Positions 11,209 to 21,764 of a DNA stretch of 64,000 bases are shown here, piece by piece; positions within the stretch are counted from its first letter, which is position 1; the number at the start of each line of letters is the position of its first letter. Location: the IMG/VR virus record IMGVR_UViG_3300035498_000956; one strand, written 5' to 3'. The notes beneath the pieces were generated by a model, which saw only the letters and a program-made list of their open reading frames with translations, had not been told where the DNA came from and ran no database searches. The position numbers and the translations under genes were made by a program. The DNA is from a virus (lineage: Duplodnaviria > Caudoviricetes).

Positions 11209-14200
11209 ATGTCAATTATTAAACCTACTTATGAACTTAGTGTTTGGGAAGAAGTTCTTAATTCAGATGGCACAAAAAGTGAAAAGAAACAAGCGATTAT
11301 AGGAGCAGATGATATGACTGCTCTTGGTCGCGCGACAAGTGTTCAGTTAAAAAGAGAATTAAAAGGACAAAATACTTTAACTTTTCAAATGCCATCAAAA
11401 TATTTTGATCCAGAATCTGGTGACTATGTTCGTAATGAATTAGCAGAATATTTGTGTAATGAAAAAAAGGTTAAATTATTATTTGAAGATGAATGGTATG
11501 AATTTTATGTAAAGAAAATTGACGAGAAAAAGCAATTTAAGAGTATTATGTATAGCTATACTTGTAATGATGCGTTTATTGAAGAATTATCAAGAAATGG
11601 TTATGGTATTACTTTTGATACTGATTTATATAATAATGTTGAAGAGCTGGGTGTATTTAGTGATACAATTTTAAATGATAATACAATTTGGGATTATGAC
11701 GCAAGTAAAAACTGGGGAGATTTTACAGAATATACTGAAGAAAAGTTGTATAAAATTGACGCAAGTTTACTTGATGGATTAGCGGTATATAAGATTGCTC
11801 TTGATATTCCTGAAAAAACACTTACAAACGATTTTACAGATTCAAGTGATTATACGCTTACTAATGTGTATACTGGTGAGACTCGTATTATTAATATGAG
11901 CGATGATAAAGCAAGAGAATTAAGGTATTTTTGGAATAATAAGAAAAAACCTGATAATAATGCTCCTACTACAGTTTATAGTAGAGGTTTTGATTTATTA
12001 CAATCACCTACTACTATTGGTACTGATGTTAAATATATATATTTCCCATATAGTCAATTGCAATATGTTTATAATGTTACGGATACAACTACTGATACAA
12101 AGTATAAAGCAACTGCTACAGCACAGTTATATCCAAATAGAACTGATAAACTAGCTTTAAGTGCTTATACAGATGATCCAGCACAATTAATCCAAATGTT
12201 AATTATTCCAGATGATGCTGAGGTATCTATTGATGAAGATGGTTTGTTAACAAATACAAATTTCCATTATGTTACAACAATTCAAGCATGGGAAAAATTC
12301 TTAAAAGAAGATAAAAATGTTACATTAGTAGAAGATCAAGATGGTAAATACTGGCCAACTGTTTATTCAGAAGGATATTTAGATAATTGGGGAGTTACAA
12401 CTGTTAATTTAGGAAAAAAAGTTTCTATTACTGATAGAACGGAAATTAATATTAGTGAAGATATTGATAGATATGTTACTGTGTATAATAATCCAGCAAA
12501 GGGTGATAATAATAGTTTTATTGAATTATGGACAGATGAAACTTTTTTAGAGCATCAAAGTGATGATACATTTAAGAATTTTTGGTTATGTTCTTATTCC
12601 ACATCACGTTCTATTGTTCCTCAATTAGCTAGAAATTATGTTCAAAATGGTACAAATATAACGGAATCAGATGGATGGGAATTTGCTAAAGTTGATGCAA
12701 ATCCATTGAAAACTTCACCTTCTTTGTCCGCGGGGACGGGAAATGAGGATCAAATTATTACTACTATTTCTGAGAGTGGATCTTCTGGAAAGTGGTATAT
12801 ATCTCGTTATAATTATAAAGAAGCATCCTATGAATATTATGATCAATCTATGACATCATTCCCGACTATTCCCACTTCAAATTTGTTTGATACTTGGGCA
12901 GATGCAAAAAGCAAAGCAGAAAGTGAAGGCTTGCAAGTTGGTGGTGGCACATCAGACTATTATGTTCAAATAGTACAATATACTACAACTGAATTAGCTG
13001 ATATAGAATCATCAACATCAACTGGTATTAGTGGTTTATTAGTAACTATCCCAGGCGCGGAAGATAATGAGGATGTAAATTATTGTTCTGTAGCTGAGCG
13101 TTCAGTGTTAAATTTTGGATTAGTTGGACAGGAAATGACAATTGAAGCAAATAAATTCTACGCATTTAAAATAGCTCTTGAGTTTTCAAAAAACTCATCG
13201 ACAATTGAAGATAAGGACGATACAAGTAATGCAACAATGGCTTTAGCTGCTAGTAGTCAAACTACTGTTATGTTATTAGGTAAAGCCACTTCTTCTATTA
13301 TTAAAAAATACGATCAGCTTATTAATGGCACTGATGAAAATAGTAAAATTAAACGATTAGCTAATTTGCTAAAAGAGATAGATGAATTAAATGCTAATGA
13401 TGAAATCAATCAAGCTATAAGTGACGAAATCTATCAAGCGATAAATGATGCTGCAACACTTATGCAGGATTTAAACAGTAATAATAGTTTAAATCAAGAC
13501 TCATATGGTAATGCAAAAGACAGTATTGTAAAACAAATTAATATTTTACAAAATTTATACAATACAAAAGCAACAAGTGAAGAAAGACAATATTTAAGAG
13601 AAGCTATTAATATTCTTTCTCAAGGACTAATTGATTTTACTCCATCTCTTGAATCAGACTCTTCTTCTGATACAACTGAAGAAACAGATACAACTGAAGA
13701 AGCTGATATTAACACAAGTGAAGAACAAACTGATATTGCTCTTACTCAGCAAATTATTATAAAGATCGGCAATGGTGCAATTAATCCTAATGGTTATTAT
13801 AGTTTAACTGGAGATATTTTTTATTCTAAAGATAGTGAAAATAAACTTATACCAACAACAGAACAAAGTCAAGTTATTAGTTTTTCTTACTACGATTATA
13901 CTCAAATGATTAAAGATGATAATTATTATTTATTAATTTCTCCAACAAATAGTTATGATACTCCATATATTCAAATTACTTTCCCTCAATGCCAAGAAAC
14001 AGTTACATATAAAATTACAGATATGGAATTTTTTGAAGCTTATACGAGAGGAGTAGATAGTAAAGAGTCAAGAGAAGAAGATCTAGAAGATTCCGATTTT
14101 ATTTATAAATATAGTGGAAGAGATTTTAATTATGATAAAAGTAAAGATCTTGATTATACAGGTTATTTTTCAAATGTTAATTGGGTAAAAATTGTTAATA

Positions 14201-17200
14201 AAAGAGATTTATTGCTTGAAACTGATGTTACTCTTGGTGATGTATTTGAATATGAACGATATTATTTGCAGGCATTAGAATACACTGATAAAGATACAAA
14301 AACATTAACTTATAAAGATACATTTAAACTTACTTCATTTGTTACTGAGGATACTACTACAGAATATCATGGATTGGATTCTAGTATATATACAGATGAT
14401 GACTATAAAGTTATTACCAATTATTTTGATTTAGGTAAATGTAAATATTATACTAGCGGATGGATGGACTGTTGTTATTCAGAAAGTGGTACAGATAATG
14501 TTCCTAATAGAGAATGTTTATTTCAAAAATATGGTTATTGTCCATATAGATTCCAAACTGAAAAACATCCTCGCCGCATAAGGACTTTAACAGGAGAAAA
14601 ATCAAATCGTTTTAATTTAATTCAAGAACTATCTAAAGTTTTTGAAATTTATCCAATGTTTTATATTAAACATAAAAACAATGGTAAAGTAGAAATGGAT
14701 GAAAACGGTAAAATGATTAAAAAAGTATTTTTCATAACTGAAAAAGGTATGGAAAATAAAATTGGATTTAGATATGAGAAAAACTTAAGTAATATCACTC
14801 GTACTATTGATTCAAGTTCTATTACAACTAAAATGTATGTTTCAGATGTAGATTCAAGTTTATCTGATACTGGTTTATGTACCATTAAATTAGCAGAAGA
14901 CAATCCATCTAAAGATTCTTTTTTAATTGATTATTCGTATTATATAGAAAAAGGGTTAATGAATAAAGACGTTACAGAAAAAGAATTGTATGGATCAAAT
15001 CCTGATCAAACCATAACAACAGAAAATGAATATCTTAATGCTGATGGATTTTTACCTAAATTAGGATATTTAAATGGACAATATGATACTTATTCCAATC
15101 TAATTATAAATATGCAAGACGAATCATATACTGAACTACAAGCTAACATTGAAACAAATTTTACAGCAATAGAAGAAGCTATTAAACTCTTAAATGATTA
15201 TCAAACTAAACTTAATAAATATAAAAATCCTAAGAAAGGAGTTAATGACCAAAGTGATAGTTTTAATAATACTTTAGAGCAATATAAAGAACAATATAAT
15301 ATATTAAGTGGTTTAATTGGAGAAACATTCGGAAAATCAGGAACGGAAATTGAAGGATCTGTACAATTAGATGGTATAGCTTTAAACGACAATAGCCAAA
15401 TGGTCATTACATTGCAAAGCATGGAATATTATGATCCTATTACTAATCAATTTAGAAGATATCATGTTAAAGACTTTTTAGAGCAAATTATTTGGCAAAA
15501 AACAGGTGATGATCAATATAATTCTGATTGGAAAACTTTTAAGGAAACTTATTTAGATATGTTTTTATATAATAAATATTATGGACTTTTTGGGCAATTT
15601 CAAGGTGAATATGAACAAATTCAAGAATGGAAAAAAATTCGTGCAAGTTATTTAAAACAAATCAATAGTTTAACTGCAGAATATTATAAAAAATATGAAC
15701 CATTCTTAAAAGAAGGTACTTGGTCTGATAGTAATTATTTAAGTGATAATACGTATTATTGGGGCGCGAAAGCGGTTCTTACAGATAGTTGTAAACCAAA
15801 TGTAAAATATACAATTTCAGTAATTGATTTACATAATTTACCAGAATATCAAGAGTTATATACCTTTAATTTAGCTGATACAACATATGTTGAAGATATT
15901 GAAATGTTTGGTGCAGATGCCTTCACGGGATTACCAAATAGAATTAAGGTACTAATTTCTTCAATCACGTATAATCTTGATAATCCATCTAAAAACTCAA
16001 TAGGAGTGCAGAATTATACTACTGCTTTTGAAGATTTAATGAGTTCTGTGTCAGCAACTGTTCAGTCTTTAAGCTTTAATGAGAATACTTATAAGCGCGC
16101 GAGTAACTTTACTGCAACACAAGAGGTTCAAGGCGATAGTTTGCAAGGCGCTCTTGATAATAATACACTTACTTTAGTTAATACTGATGAGGACAATATT
16201 ACTATTGATGAACAAGGTCAATCTGGTAGTGATATTAATAATCATGCTTATCAATATAAATTAACTGGAGAAGGACTATTCTTCTCTAAAAATGGTGGGC
16301 AATCTTGGGATACTGGTGTTACTCCTAATGGAATTAATGCAAGTTATATTAAAGTTGGAGATCTAGATGCTAGTAAAATTTCTATTATTGATGGAAATTA
16401 TTTATATTTTATGTGGGATAAGACTGGTATTACAGCTTATAGAGATCCTAAAACGACTGGTCAAGAATCAACCTTATTTGGAGATTATGCAAGATTTAAT
16501 AAAATGGGTTTATCTATTGTTGAAGATCATAAAATAAAATTAAGAGCTGGATATAATTATGAAAAGAGTAATAATAGTGATTATAATGATGGCGATATTA
16601 GAGGCGAATTGGATATTTCATCACAAGAACAAAGGCAAGATACAGATGGCAATTTGTATGTAAAAAACACTCAAAGGAATATTGGTTTTTATTTATATGA
16701 TAATAAAGGCAATGTAATATTTAAATCAGAAAATTCTGAAGATGGTGCAGCCCAAATTTCTTTATTGGGAGAATTACAAGTTAGTGATACAACATTATCT
16801 GAAACAAAAGATGTAATGATTTATAACTATTCAGACGGAATTGAAGCGACATATCACGCAGCACAAAGCTCTGATGAGCAAAAATTATTAAAAGATAATA
16901 TTTCAGGGATTTTTACAAATAACGGCTTTTATACATCACTAGAAGCAGTTGGAAAAAATATTAAAATTACAATAGATAATAGTACTTATTATACAAATTT
17001 TACTAATCCAGATACAAAGTCATCAACTAAAATATCTGAAAGAGTAATTAAATGTAGTAATGGAACAATGCAAATTTGTAAAAAACGTTATTTATTTCAA
17101 AAATACACAAAAATTGAAAAAACTACGACTAATTCTACAACTGATTCTTCAATAGAAACAATAACAGAAGAAAATTACCATATCGAATTATGGGTTTATT

Positions 17201-18102
17201 CCATTGTAGATGCAAATAAGACAACCGACTATTATCGATATAATGATCCATCTTCAATTAATGATGATACTTTTATTACAACAACTAAAGCTACAACTAT
17301 ACCAGCGTATTATAAAATAACAGGCACTCCAATTGAAGATGTAACAAACTTAGATTCTAGTTATAAATCTACGTCAATTTATCTTTTAGATAAGGATAAA
17401 ACTGAAATAACACAAGCAACGTCTCAGACAGTTTATTTTTCATCTGATAATTCAGTTGACAAACCAATTGATGGACAGCCATATATTTTTTATCTTACAG
17501 ATAGTAGCTTCGCAAAAACTGAAGATAACAAAAAAGTTACAGAAACAATAACATACACAGATGGTGCACAATTATTATTAAACAATATGAATGTAAATAG
17601 TGGAACAGCACGTGATTTAAATGAAAGGCTATTTTCAGCGTTCTCAACTTCTGCAACTGAAGGTGGAAAAAATATTTTAACTATATTAAAAAATGGTAAT
17701 TTATATATAGGAGGAGTATTTAATAGCGACAATTTTAATGGACAGACATTGACAAATACACTTACTATTACTGATGCTCCATTAGAATATGATAGCAGTA
17801 ATAAAGTATTAAAAATGGAATTTAATACAATACAGGACAGTAATGGCCGTAAATTAGGTGATTTTATTCAAGACTCAATCTATGATATGAAAGGCCAAAT
17901 TACTGACTGGATAAATGAGCAAATTATAGCAATAAATAGCAACATATCAAGTGCACAACAAACAGCCAGCGCAGCTTCTGAAGATATAACTACTATTTTA
18001 AATGACATAAGTAGTTTTAAAACCACATATAATAAGCATACTCATACTATACAAGTAGAAGAAGAATCGAAGGAGACGGAGAAACCTGCTCAACAAATGT
18101 AG
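11209..18102 (+). CDS. Large tail-tip / Tal-like baseplate hub and central fibre protein
   Basis: Follows TMP-Dit; N-terminal LKRELKGQNTLTFQMP, FRYEKNLSNITRTIDSSSITTKMYV, GLFFSKNGGQSWDTGVTPNGINASYI typical of siphovirus tail endopeptidase-like proteins. Confidence 0.75.
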   Translation: MSIIKPTYELSVWEEVLNSDGTKSEKKQAIIGADDMTALGRATSVQLKRELKGQNTLTFQMPSKYFDPESGDYVRNELAEYLCNEKKVKLLFEDEWYEFYVKKIDEKKQFKSIMYSYTCNDAFIEELSRNGYGITFDTDLYNNVEELGVFSDTILNDNTIWDYDASKNWGDFTEYTEEKLYKIDASLLDGLAVYKIALDIPEKTLTNDFTDSSDYTLTNVYTGETRIINMSDDKARELRYFWNNKKKPDNNAPTTVYSRGFDLLQSPTTIGTDVKYIYFPYSQLQYVYNVTDTTTDTKYKATATAQLYPNRTDKLALSAYTDDPAQLIQMLIIPDDAEVSIDEDGLLTNTNFHYVTTIQAWEKFLKEDKNVTLVEDQDGKYWPTVYSEGYLDNWGVTTVNLGKKVSITDRTEINISEDIDRYVTVYNNPAKGDNNSFIELWTDETFLEHQSDDTFKNFWLCSYSTSRSIVPQLARNYVQNGTNITESDGWEFAKVDANPLKTSPSLSAGTGNEDQIITTISESGSSGKWYISRYNYKEASYEYYDQSMTSFPTIPTSNLFDTWADAKSKAESEGLQVGGGTSDYYVQIVQYTTTELADIESSTSTGISGLLVTIPGAEDNEDVNYCSVAERSVLNFGLVGQEMTIEANKFYAFKIALEFSKNSSTIEDKDDTSNATMALAASSQTTVMLLGKATSSIIKKYDQLINGTDENSKIKRLANLLKEIDELNANDEINQAISDEIYQAINDAATLMQDLNSNNSLNQDSYGNAKDSIVKQINILQNLYNTKATSEERQYLREAINILSQGLIDFTPSLESDSSSDTTEETDTTEEADINTSEEQTDIALTQQIIIKIGNGAINPNGYYSLTGDIFYSKDSENKLIPTTEQSQVISFSYYDYTQMIKDDNYYLLISPTNSYDTPYIQITFPQCQETVTYKITDMEFFEAYTRGVDSKESREEDLEDSDFIYKYSGRDFNYDKSKDLDYTGYFSNVNWVKIVNKRDLLLETDVTLGDVFEYERYYLQALEYTDKDTKTLTYKDTFKLTSFVTEDTTTEYHGLDSSIYTDDDYKVITNYFDLGKCKYYTSGWMDCCYSESGTDNVPNRECLFQKYGYCPYRFQTEKHPRRIRTLTGEKSNRFNLIQELSKVFEIYPMFYIKHKNNGKVEMDENGKMIKKVFFITEKGMENKIGFRYEKNLSNITRTIDSSSITTKMYVSDVDSSLSDTGLCTIKLAEDNPSKDSFLIDYSYYIEKGLMNKDVTEKELYGSNPDQTITTENEYLNADGFLPKLGYLNGQYDTYSNLIINMQDESYTELQANIETNFTAIEEAIKLLNDYQTKLNKYKNPKKGVNDQSDSFNNTLEQYKEQYNILSGLIGETFGKSGTEIEGSVQLDGIALNDNSQMVITLQSMEYYDPITNQFRRYHVKDFLEQIIWQKTGDDQYNSDWKTFKETYLDMFLYNKYYGLFGQFQGEYEQIQEWKKIRASYLKQINSLTAEYYKKYEPFLKEGTWSDSNYLSDNTYYWGAKAVLTDSCKPNVKYTISVIDLHNLPEYQELYTFNLADTTYVEDIEMFGADAFTGLPNRIKVLISSITYNLDNPSKNSIGVQNYTTAFEDLMSSVSATVQSLSFNENTYKRASNFTATQEVQGDSLQGALDNNTLTLVNTDEDNITIDEQGQSGSDINNHAYQYKLTGEGLFFSKNGGQSWDTGVTPNGINASYIKVGDLDASKISIIDGNYLYFMWDKTGITAYRDPKTTGQESTLFGDYARFNKMGLSIVEDHKIKLRAGYNYEKSNNSDYNDGDIRGELDISSQEQRQDTDGNLYVKNTQRNIGFYLYDNKGNVIFKSENSEDGAAQISLLGELQVSDTTLSETKDVMIYNYSDGIEATYHAAQSSDEQKLLKDNISGIFTNNGFYTSLEAVGKNIKITIDNSTYYTNFTNPDTKSSTKISERVIKCSNGTMQICKKRYLFQKYTKIEKTTTNSTTDSSIETITEENYHIELWVYSIVDANKTTDYYRYNDPSSINDDTFITTTKATTIPAYYKITGTPIEDVTNLDSSYKSTSIYLLDKDKTEITQATSQTVYFSSDNSVDKPIDGQPYIFYLTDSSFAKTEDNKKVTETITYTDGAQLLLNNMNVNSGTARDLNERLFSAFSTSATEGGKNILTILKNGNLYIGGVFNSDNFNGQTLTNTLTITDAPLEYDSSNKVLKMEFNTIQDSNGRKLGDFIQDSIYDMKGQITDWINEQIIAINSNISSAQQTASAASEDITTILNDISSFKTTYNKHTHTIQVEEESKETEKPAQQM

Positions 18103-18128
18103 ATATAGTAACTAGGAGGAGAAATTAG

Positions 18129-18485
18129 ATGTTAATAAATCGTAATATAATAATTCAATTACAGCCGATTTTTAATAAAATAAAACAAAATACAAATATT
18201 GGAATTTATACTCAATATAATTTTCTTAAATTAAAGAAAATCTATGAAGATGAATTATCTATTTTTAATGAACAAAAAGAAAGATTTATGAATTATTGTG
18301 AACCAACTTCAAATCCAAATGAATTTAAGATAAAAGATGAATATCTAGAACAATGTACTAAAGAATTGAATCAACTTAATTCAATATCTATTCAAATTCC
18401 AGATATCTATTTTTCTCTTGATGAATTGGAATCATTAAATCTTACATTTGAAGAATTAGAGCTATTAATGCCATTTATTAAATAA
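18129..18485 (+). CDS. Small tail-module-associated hypothetical protein
   Basis: AGGAGG RBS; follows tail-tip gene; C-terminal LDELESLNLTFEELELLMPFI. Confidence 0.6.
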   Translation: MLINRNIIIQLQPIFNKIKQNTNIGIYTQYNFLKLKKIYEDELSIFNEQKERFMNYCEPTSNPNEFKIKDEYLEQCTKELNQLNSISIQIPDIYFSLDELESLNLTFEELELLMPFIK

Positions 18486-18492
18486 TCATTTT

Positions 18493-18697
18493 GGAGTTTT
18501 TGTGCAAGTTGCACAAAAACTCCTTTTTGATTTTATTCACTAAAAATCTTTTTGTGCAAATTGCACAAAAATTTCTATGTTTCAATCATATCCATCCTTT
18601 AAAATTTCTCTTTACTCCATTACCTCTATTAAAATTTTTGTGCAACTTGCACAAATCCAAAAATCCCTATTCCTAATTTTTGTATAAAATTAACAAA
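18493..18697. repeat. Array of palindromes TTTGTGCAA-N-TTGCACAAA (3 perfect, 1 degenerate)
   Basis: Centres at 18508, 18560 and 18646, degenerate copy at ~18678-18697. The first copy extends to a GGAGTTTTT...AAAAACTCC stem with a T-tract (terminator-like). Confidence 0.9.
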
Positions 18698-18776
18698 CTT
18701 TTTTTCCAAAAGGAAAATCTCAAAACTTTTTTCTCAGTTCCTACTTATAATATAGAACGATAGAGAGGTGAGAAAA

Positions 18777-19253
18777 ATGGCATATAATTATCCAAATAAT
18801 AGTCAAAACTATTATAACCAACCAAATATGCAACAAATGCAATTTCAACAACAACAAAACGTTCAACCTTTATTTCCACAACCACAAGGTAACGTTTATT
18901 ATATAAATTCAACGCTTGAAGTTGCAAATGTTCCTACTAGCGCTGGTGTTTCAGTAGCATTGTGTATGCAAGAGGGTTTTATGTATATAAAAACAATGCA
19001 AAATGGAAATCCAATGTTTTGGGCTTATAAAATAACTCCATATGAAAATACTAATCAAAAGGAAGTAACCAAAACTCCAGAAACACCACAAATTAATTTT
19101 AATGAACAATTTGAACAATATAACAATCGTTTCTTAAAATTAGAAGAGCAAGTAAATGGTATACAGGCGGTCATAAATCAAAATAATCAAGCCGCACCAG
19201 TACAACAAACTAATGCAACCCCTAATAGCAAGGGAGGAGATTGGCAATTATGA
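18777..19253 (+). CDS. Gln/Asn/Pro-rich hypothetical protein (cassette gene 1)
   Basis: GAGGTG RBS; low-complexity N-terminus, central globular segment (GFMYIKTMQNG), short coiled coil. Confidence 0.8.
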   Translation: MAYNYPNNSQNYYNQPNMQQMQFQQQQNVQPLFPQPQGNVYYINSTLEVANVPTSAGVSVALCMQEGFMYIKTMQNGNPMFWAYKITPYENTNQKEVTKTPETPQINFNEQFEQYNNRFLKLEEQVNGIQAVINQNNQAAPVQQTNATPNSKGGDWQL

Positions 19254-19492
19254 TAAATTTTAATATGAATCCTATGGAATTAGTTGGCCTATTAAAAGGC
19301 AGAAATCCACAGGAATTAGTAATGTCAATGATTAAAAACAATAACATTAATGATCCAATGATTAATGAATTAATTGGATATGCCGAATCAGGCGATATGA
19401 CAAGCTTAACTAAAGTTGCTGAAGACGTATTTGCAAAACAAGGAAAAAACTTTGATACTGAATTTAATAATTTTATGTCCTTATTGCAATAA
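19250..19492 (+). CDS. Small helical NP-repeat hypothetical protein (cassette gene 2)
   Basis: ATGA overlap with gene 1, GGAGG RBS; MNPMELV...RNPQELVMSMI...NDPMINELI. Confidence 0.8.
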   Translation: MINFNMNPMELVGLLKGRNPQELVMSMIKNNNINDPMINELIGYAESGDMTSLTKVAEDVFAKQGKNFDTEFNNFMSLLQ

Positions 19493-19542
19493 GCCTTTAA
19501 CAATTAAATAAATACTATATTATTTTTTAGGAGGAATCTTTT

Positions 19543-19645
19543 ATGGGAGAAAACGGACTATCAGTTGCTGATGCTTTAGCATTACAGAACAAGAATGGTA
19601 CACAAAACACAGACGGTACTTTTGGTGGAGCAAATGGTGCATGGT
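19543..19645 (+). CDS. Membrane-anchored Cys-rich coiled-coil protein (cassette gene 3), exon 1
   Basis: AGGAGG RBS; MGENGLSVADALALQNKNGTQNTDGTFGGANGAW then TAG created by the intron start. Not in the ORF track. Confidence 0.85.
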
Positions 19646-19811
19646 AGAAACCTGCCACTTTATAAGGTGACTTATATCGAATAATCGCGGAATTAAGCGG
19701 GAAGGCTGAAATGCTAATCCGAACCGAAGGCTTAATAGAATTAAGTCAGGGACAACGCATAGGAGTTGAAAAGATATAACACTCCCACGAGGCCGCGACA
19801 CTATTTAATTA

Positions 19812-19840
19812 TTGACTCCTTAATAAAAATATGTTATAAT
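19812..19840 (+). promoter_or_regulatory. Sigma-A-type promoter inside intron 4 for the HNH gene
   Basis: TTGACT-17 nt-TATAAT with extended TG, followed by AAGGAG RBS. Confidence 0.75.
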
Positions 19841-19865
19841 AAAAATAAAAAAAGGAGTGGATTCT

Positions 19866-20324
19866 ATGTCACAAAAATCAATGACAATGGATGAATATAT
19901 TATTACTAAGACTGGAGAAGTTATAAATAGTAGGAACAATCACATCTTAAAACCTCAACCAAATAGTAAAGGATATTTAAGAGTTAATCTTTGTGGTAAG
20001 CGATATTTTATTCATAGATTAGTAGCTGAAAAATATATTCCAAATCCAGAGAATAAGGAACAGGTAAATCATAAGGATGGTAATAAAAATAATAATTCAG
20101 TAGAAAATTTAGAATGGGTAACAAATCAAGAAAATAGAGATCATGCAATAAAAAATAAGTTACATTTACAAGGAGAAGATTGTCCTTGGTCTAAATTAAA
20201 TCAAATGCAAGTTGATTATATTAGAGCTGATAATACACATTCTAGTCGAGAATTGGCTGATTTATATAATGTTTCAATTCATACCATTAATGATATTAAA
20301 AATTATAAGACATGGAAAAATTAA
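19866..20324 (+). CDS. Intron-encoded HNH homing endonuclease
   Basis: KGYLRVNL...IHRLVAEKYIPNPENKEQVNHKDGNKNNNSVENLEWVTNQEN; C-terminal HTH (SKLNQMQVDYIR...ELADLYNVSIHTINDI). Confidence 0.92.
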   Translation: MSQKSMTMDEYIITKTGEVINSRNNHILKPQPNSKGYLRVNLCGKRYFIHRLVAEKYIPNPENKEQVNHKDGNKNNNSVENLEWVTNQENRDHAIKNKLHLQGEDCPWSKLNQMQVDYIRADNTHSSRELADLYNVSIHTINDIKNYKTWKN

Positions 20325-20405
20325 ATAGTTGAAAAGTTATGCTGAACTATTACGAATAGAAAGTAATAGAAATATAAGATAAAAAACTTATATGATAACA
20401 ATTTG

Positions 20406-21316
20406 GGGTCATCATTTTAATCCTATTCTTTGCTTTTGCAGGTTGGGGCGGCAATCGCAACAATAACGGAGGTAACGAAGGTACTAACACAGTAGTTATT
20501 CCAGCTAATTTAGGCGGCAACAATGGATATAATGCTTGTTGCACTCCAGCTACACAGCAAGGAGTAACTGATGCTTTTAACTTTAATAACCTACAAAATG
20601 GTGTTAGAGGAGTTCAAAATGGTCTTTGCCAAGGTTTCTATACAACAAGTAATGAAATCGCTGGTCTAGGATCACAAATGCAGAATGGTTTTTATAATAA
20701 TGAAGTATCAAATGTAAGAGGTCAGTTTGATATTCAAAATGCTATTAACCAAAATTCCGATTCACTACAAATGTCAATTAATCAAGGTGTTAACGGAATC
20801 CAAAGCACTTTAAATCAAGGTTTCAATTGCACTCAAAACGCAATGAATCAAGGCTTTAACGGAGTACAAAGTGCACTAGCACAAACTAACTATAATATGA
20901 AAGATTGCTGTTGTGAAACAAGAGAATCCATAATGCAATCCAACTTTAACAATCAAACATCATTTAATGGTATCCAAAATACAATGCAACAAGGATTCTG
21001 CGGCGTACAGAACGGACAGGAAAATCTAAAGTATGCTCTAGCTCAATCCACTTGTGACATAATCTCAAATGCAGATAAAAATACTGATAGAATCATCAAC
21101 CATCTAGTTCAATCTGAGATGGATGCTCTAAGGAATCAATTACAATCTGCTAATTTCCAACTATCACAGCAAGCTCAAACTAGCAATATAATTAATCAAC
21201 TACAACCTGTTGCACGCCCAGCTTATTTGGTTCAAAGTCCTTATATGTCTGCCCCTCTAGGTGGATTTGGCGGCAACGGTACATTCAATAATAACAATAG
21301 TTGCGGTTGTTGTTAA
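20406..21316 (+). CDS. Membrane-anchored Cys-rich coiled-coil protein (cassette gene 3), exon 2; spliced product 337 aa
   Basis: Open frame from 20408 continuous with ORF 20678..21316; TM segment WWVIILILFFAFAGWGG; 11-aa NQGFNGxQ repeats; CC, CCCE and terminal CGCC clusters. Confidence 0.85.
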
Positions 21317-21329
21317 GGAGGGATGACGT

Positions 21330-21761
21330 ATGAGTTGTCCTACAGCAAAATGTCTTTGTGAGCATTTAATAATTTCACAAAGTGTAACGTTTTCTAATGG
21401 AACATTAATCATCAATATACCTAGTGGTAATTATGAGAATGATGAAAAATATTGTATAATAGTAGCACAATCAATTCCTACAACTACAACTATCGCGGCG
21501 AATGTTGTGATCACTATTGGTACAGGTACAACTCAATATCCACTAGTCAATAGTAACTGTACAAATGTAAATGCTTATGAAATTCAATCTAGAACACGTT
21601 ACTCTACAGTAGTTCATACAAATATCCAAAGTGGAGTATTCCAGCTTACTGGACCAGTTTGTAGAAATTCTTCTTCCTCTTGTTCTAGCATTTTATCTTT
21701 ACCTATTGCTGCCGCGAAAAGTACGGCAGAAACAAATACTGAAAATACAGAGGAGGAATAA
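21330..21761 (+). CDS. Cys-rich beta-rich hypothetical protein (cassette gene 4)
   Basis: AGGAGG RBS; N-terminal CPTAKCLC, alternating Thr/Ile/Val strands, further Cys residues. Confidence 0.8.
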   Translation: MSCPTAKCLCEHLIISQSVTFSNGTLIINIPSGNYENDEKYCIIVAQSIPTTTTIAANVVITIGTGTTQYPLVNSNCTNVNAYEIQSRTRYSTVVHTNIQSGVFQLTGPVCRNSSSSCSSILSLPIAAAKSTAETNTENTEEE

Positions 21762-21764
21762 TTT

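Larger units (their letters stand above)
19646..20405 (+). mobile_element. Group I intron 4 carrying an HNH endonuclease
   Basis: P1 UGGU|AG pairs with CUGCCA; P7 GCATA 19757-19761 / TATGC 20338-20342; ends G20405. Removal gives TGG T|GG GTC ATC (WWVI). Confidence 0.88.

Noticed and set aside
1488-17732. Short antisense or off-frame ORFs within introns and tail genes
   Set aside because: They overlap well-supported genes or intron cores, have no RBS, and have shadow-like composition.
18491-18676. 61-aa ORF with repeated FLCKLHK / FVQIAQK
   Set aside because: Translation artefact of the DNA palindromes; no RBS.
18493-18697. Mini CRISPR array
   Set aside because: Irregular spacing (52 and 86 nt), repeats are short perfect palindromes, spacers are low-complexity, and no cas genes are present.
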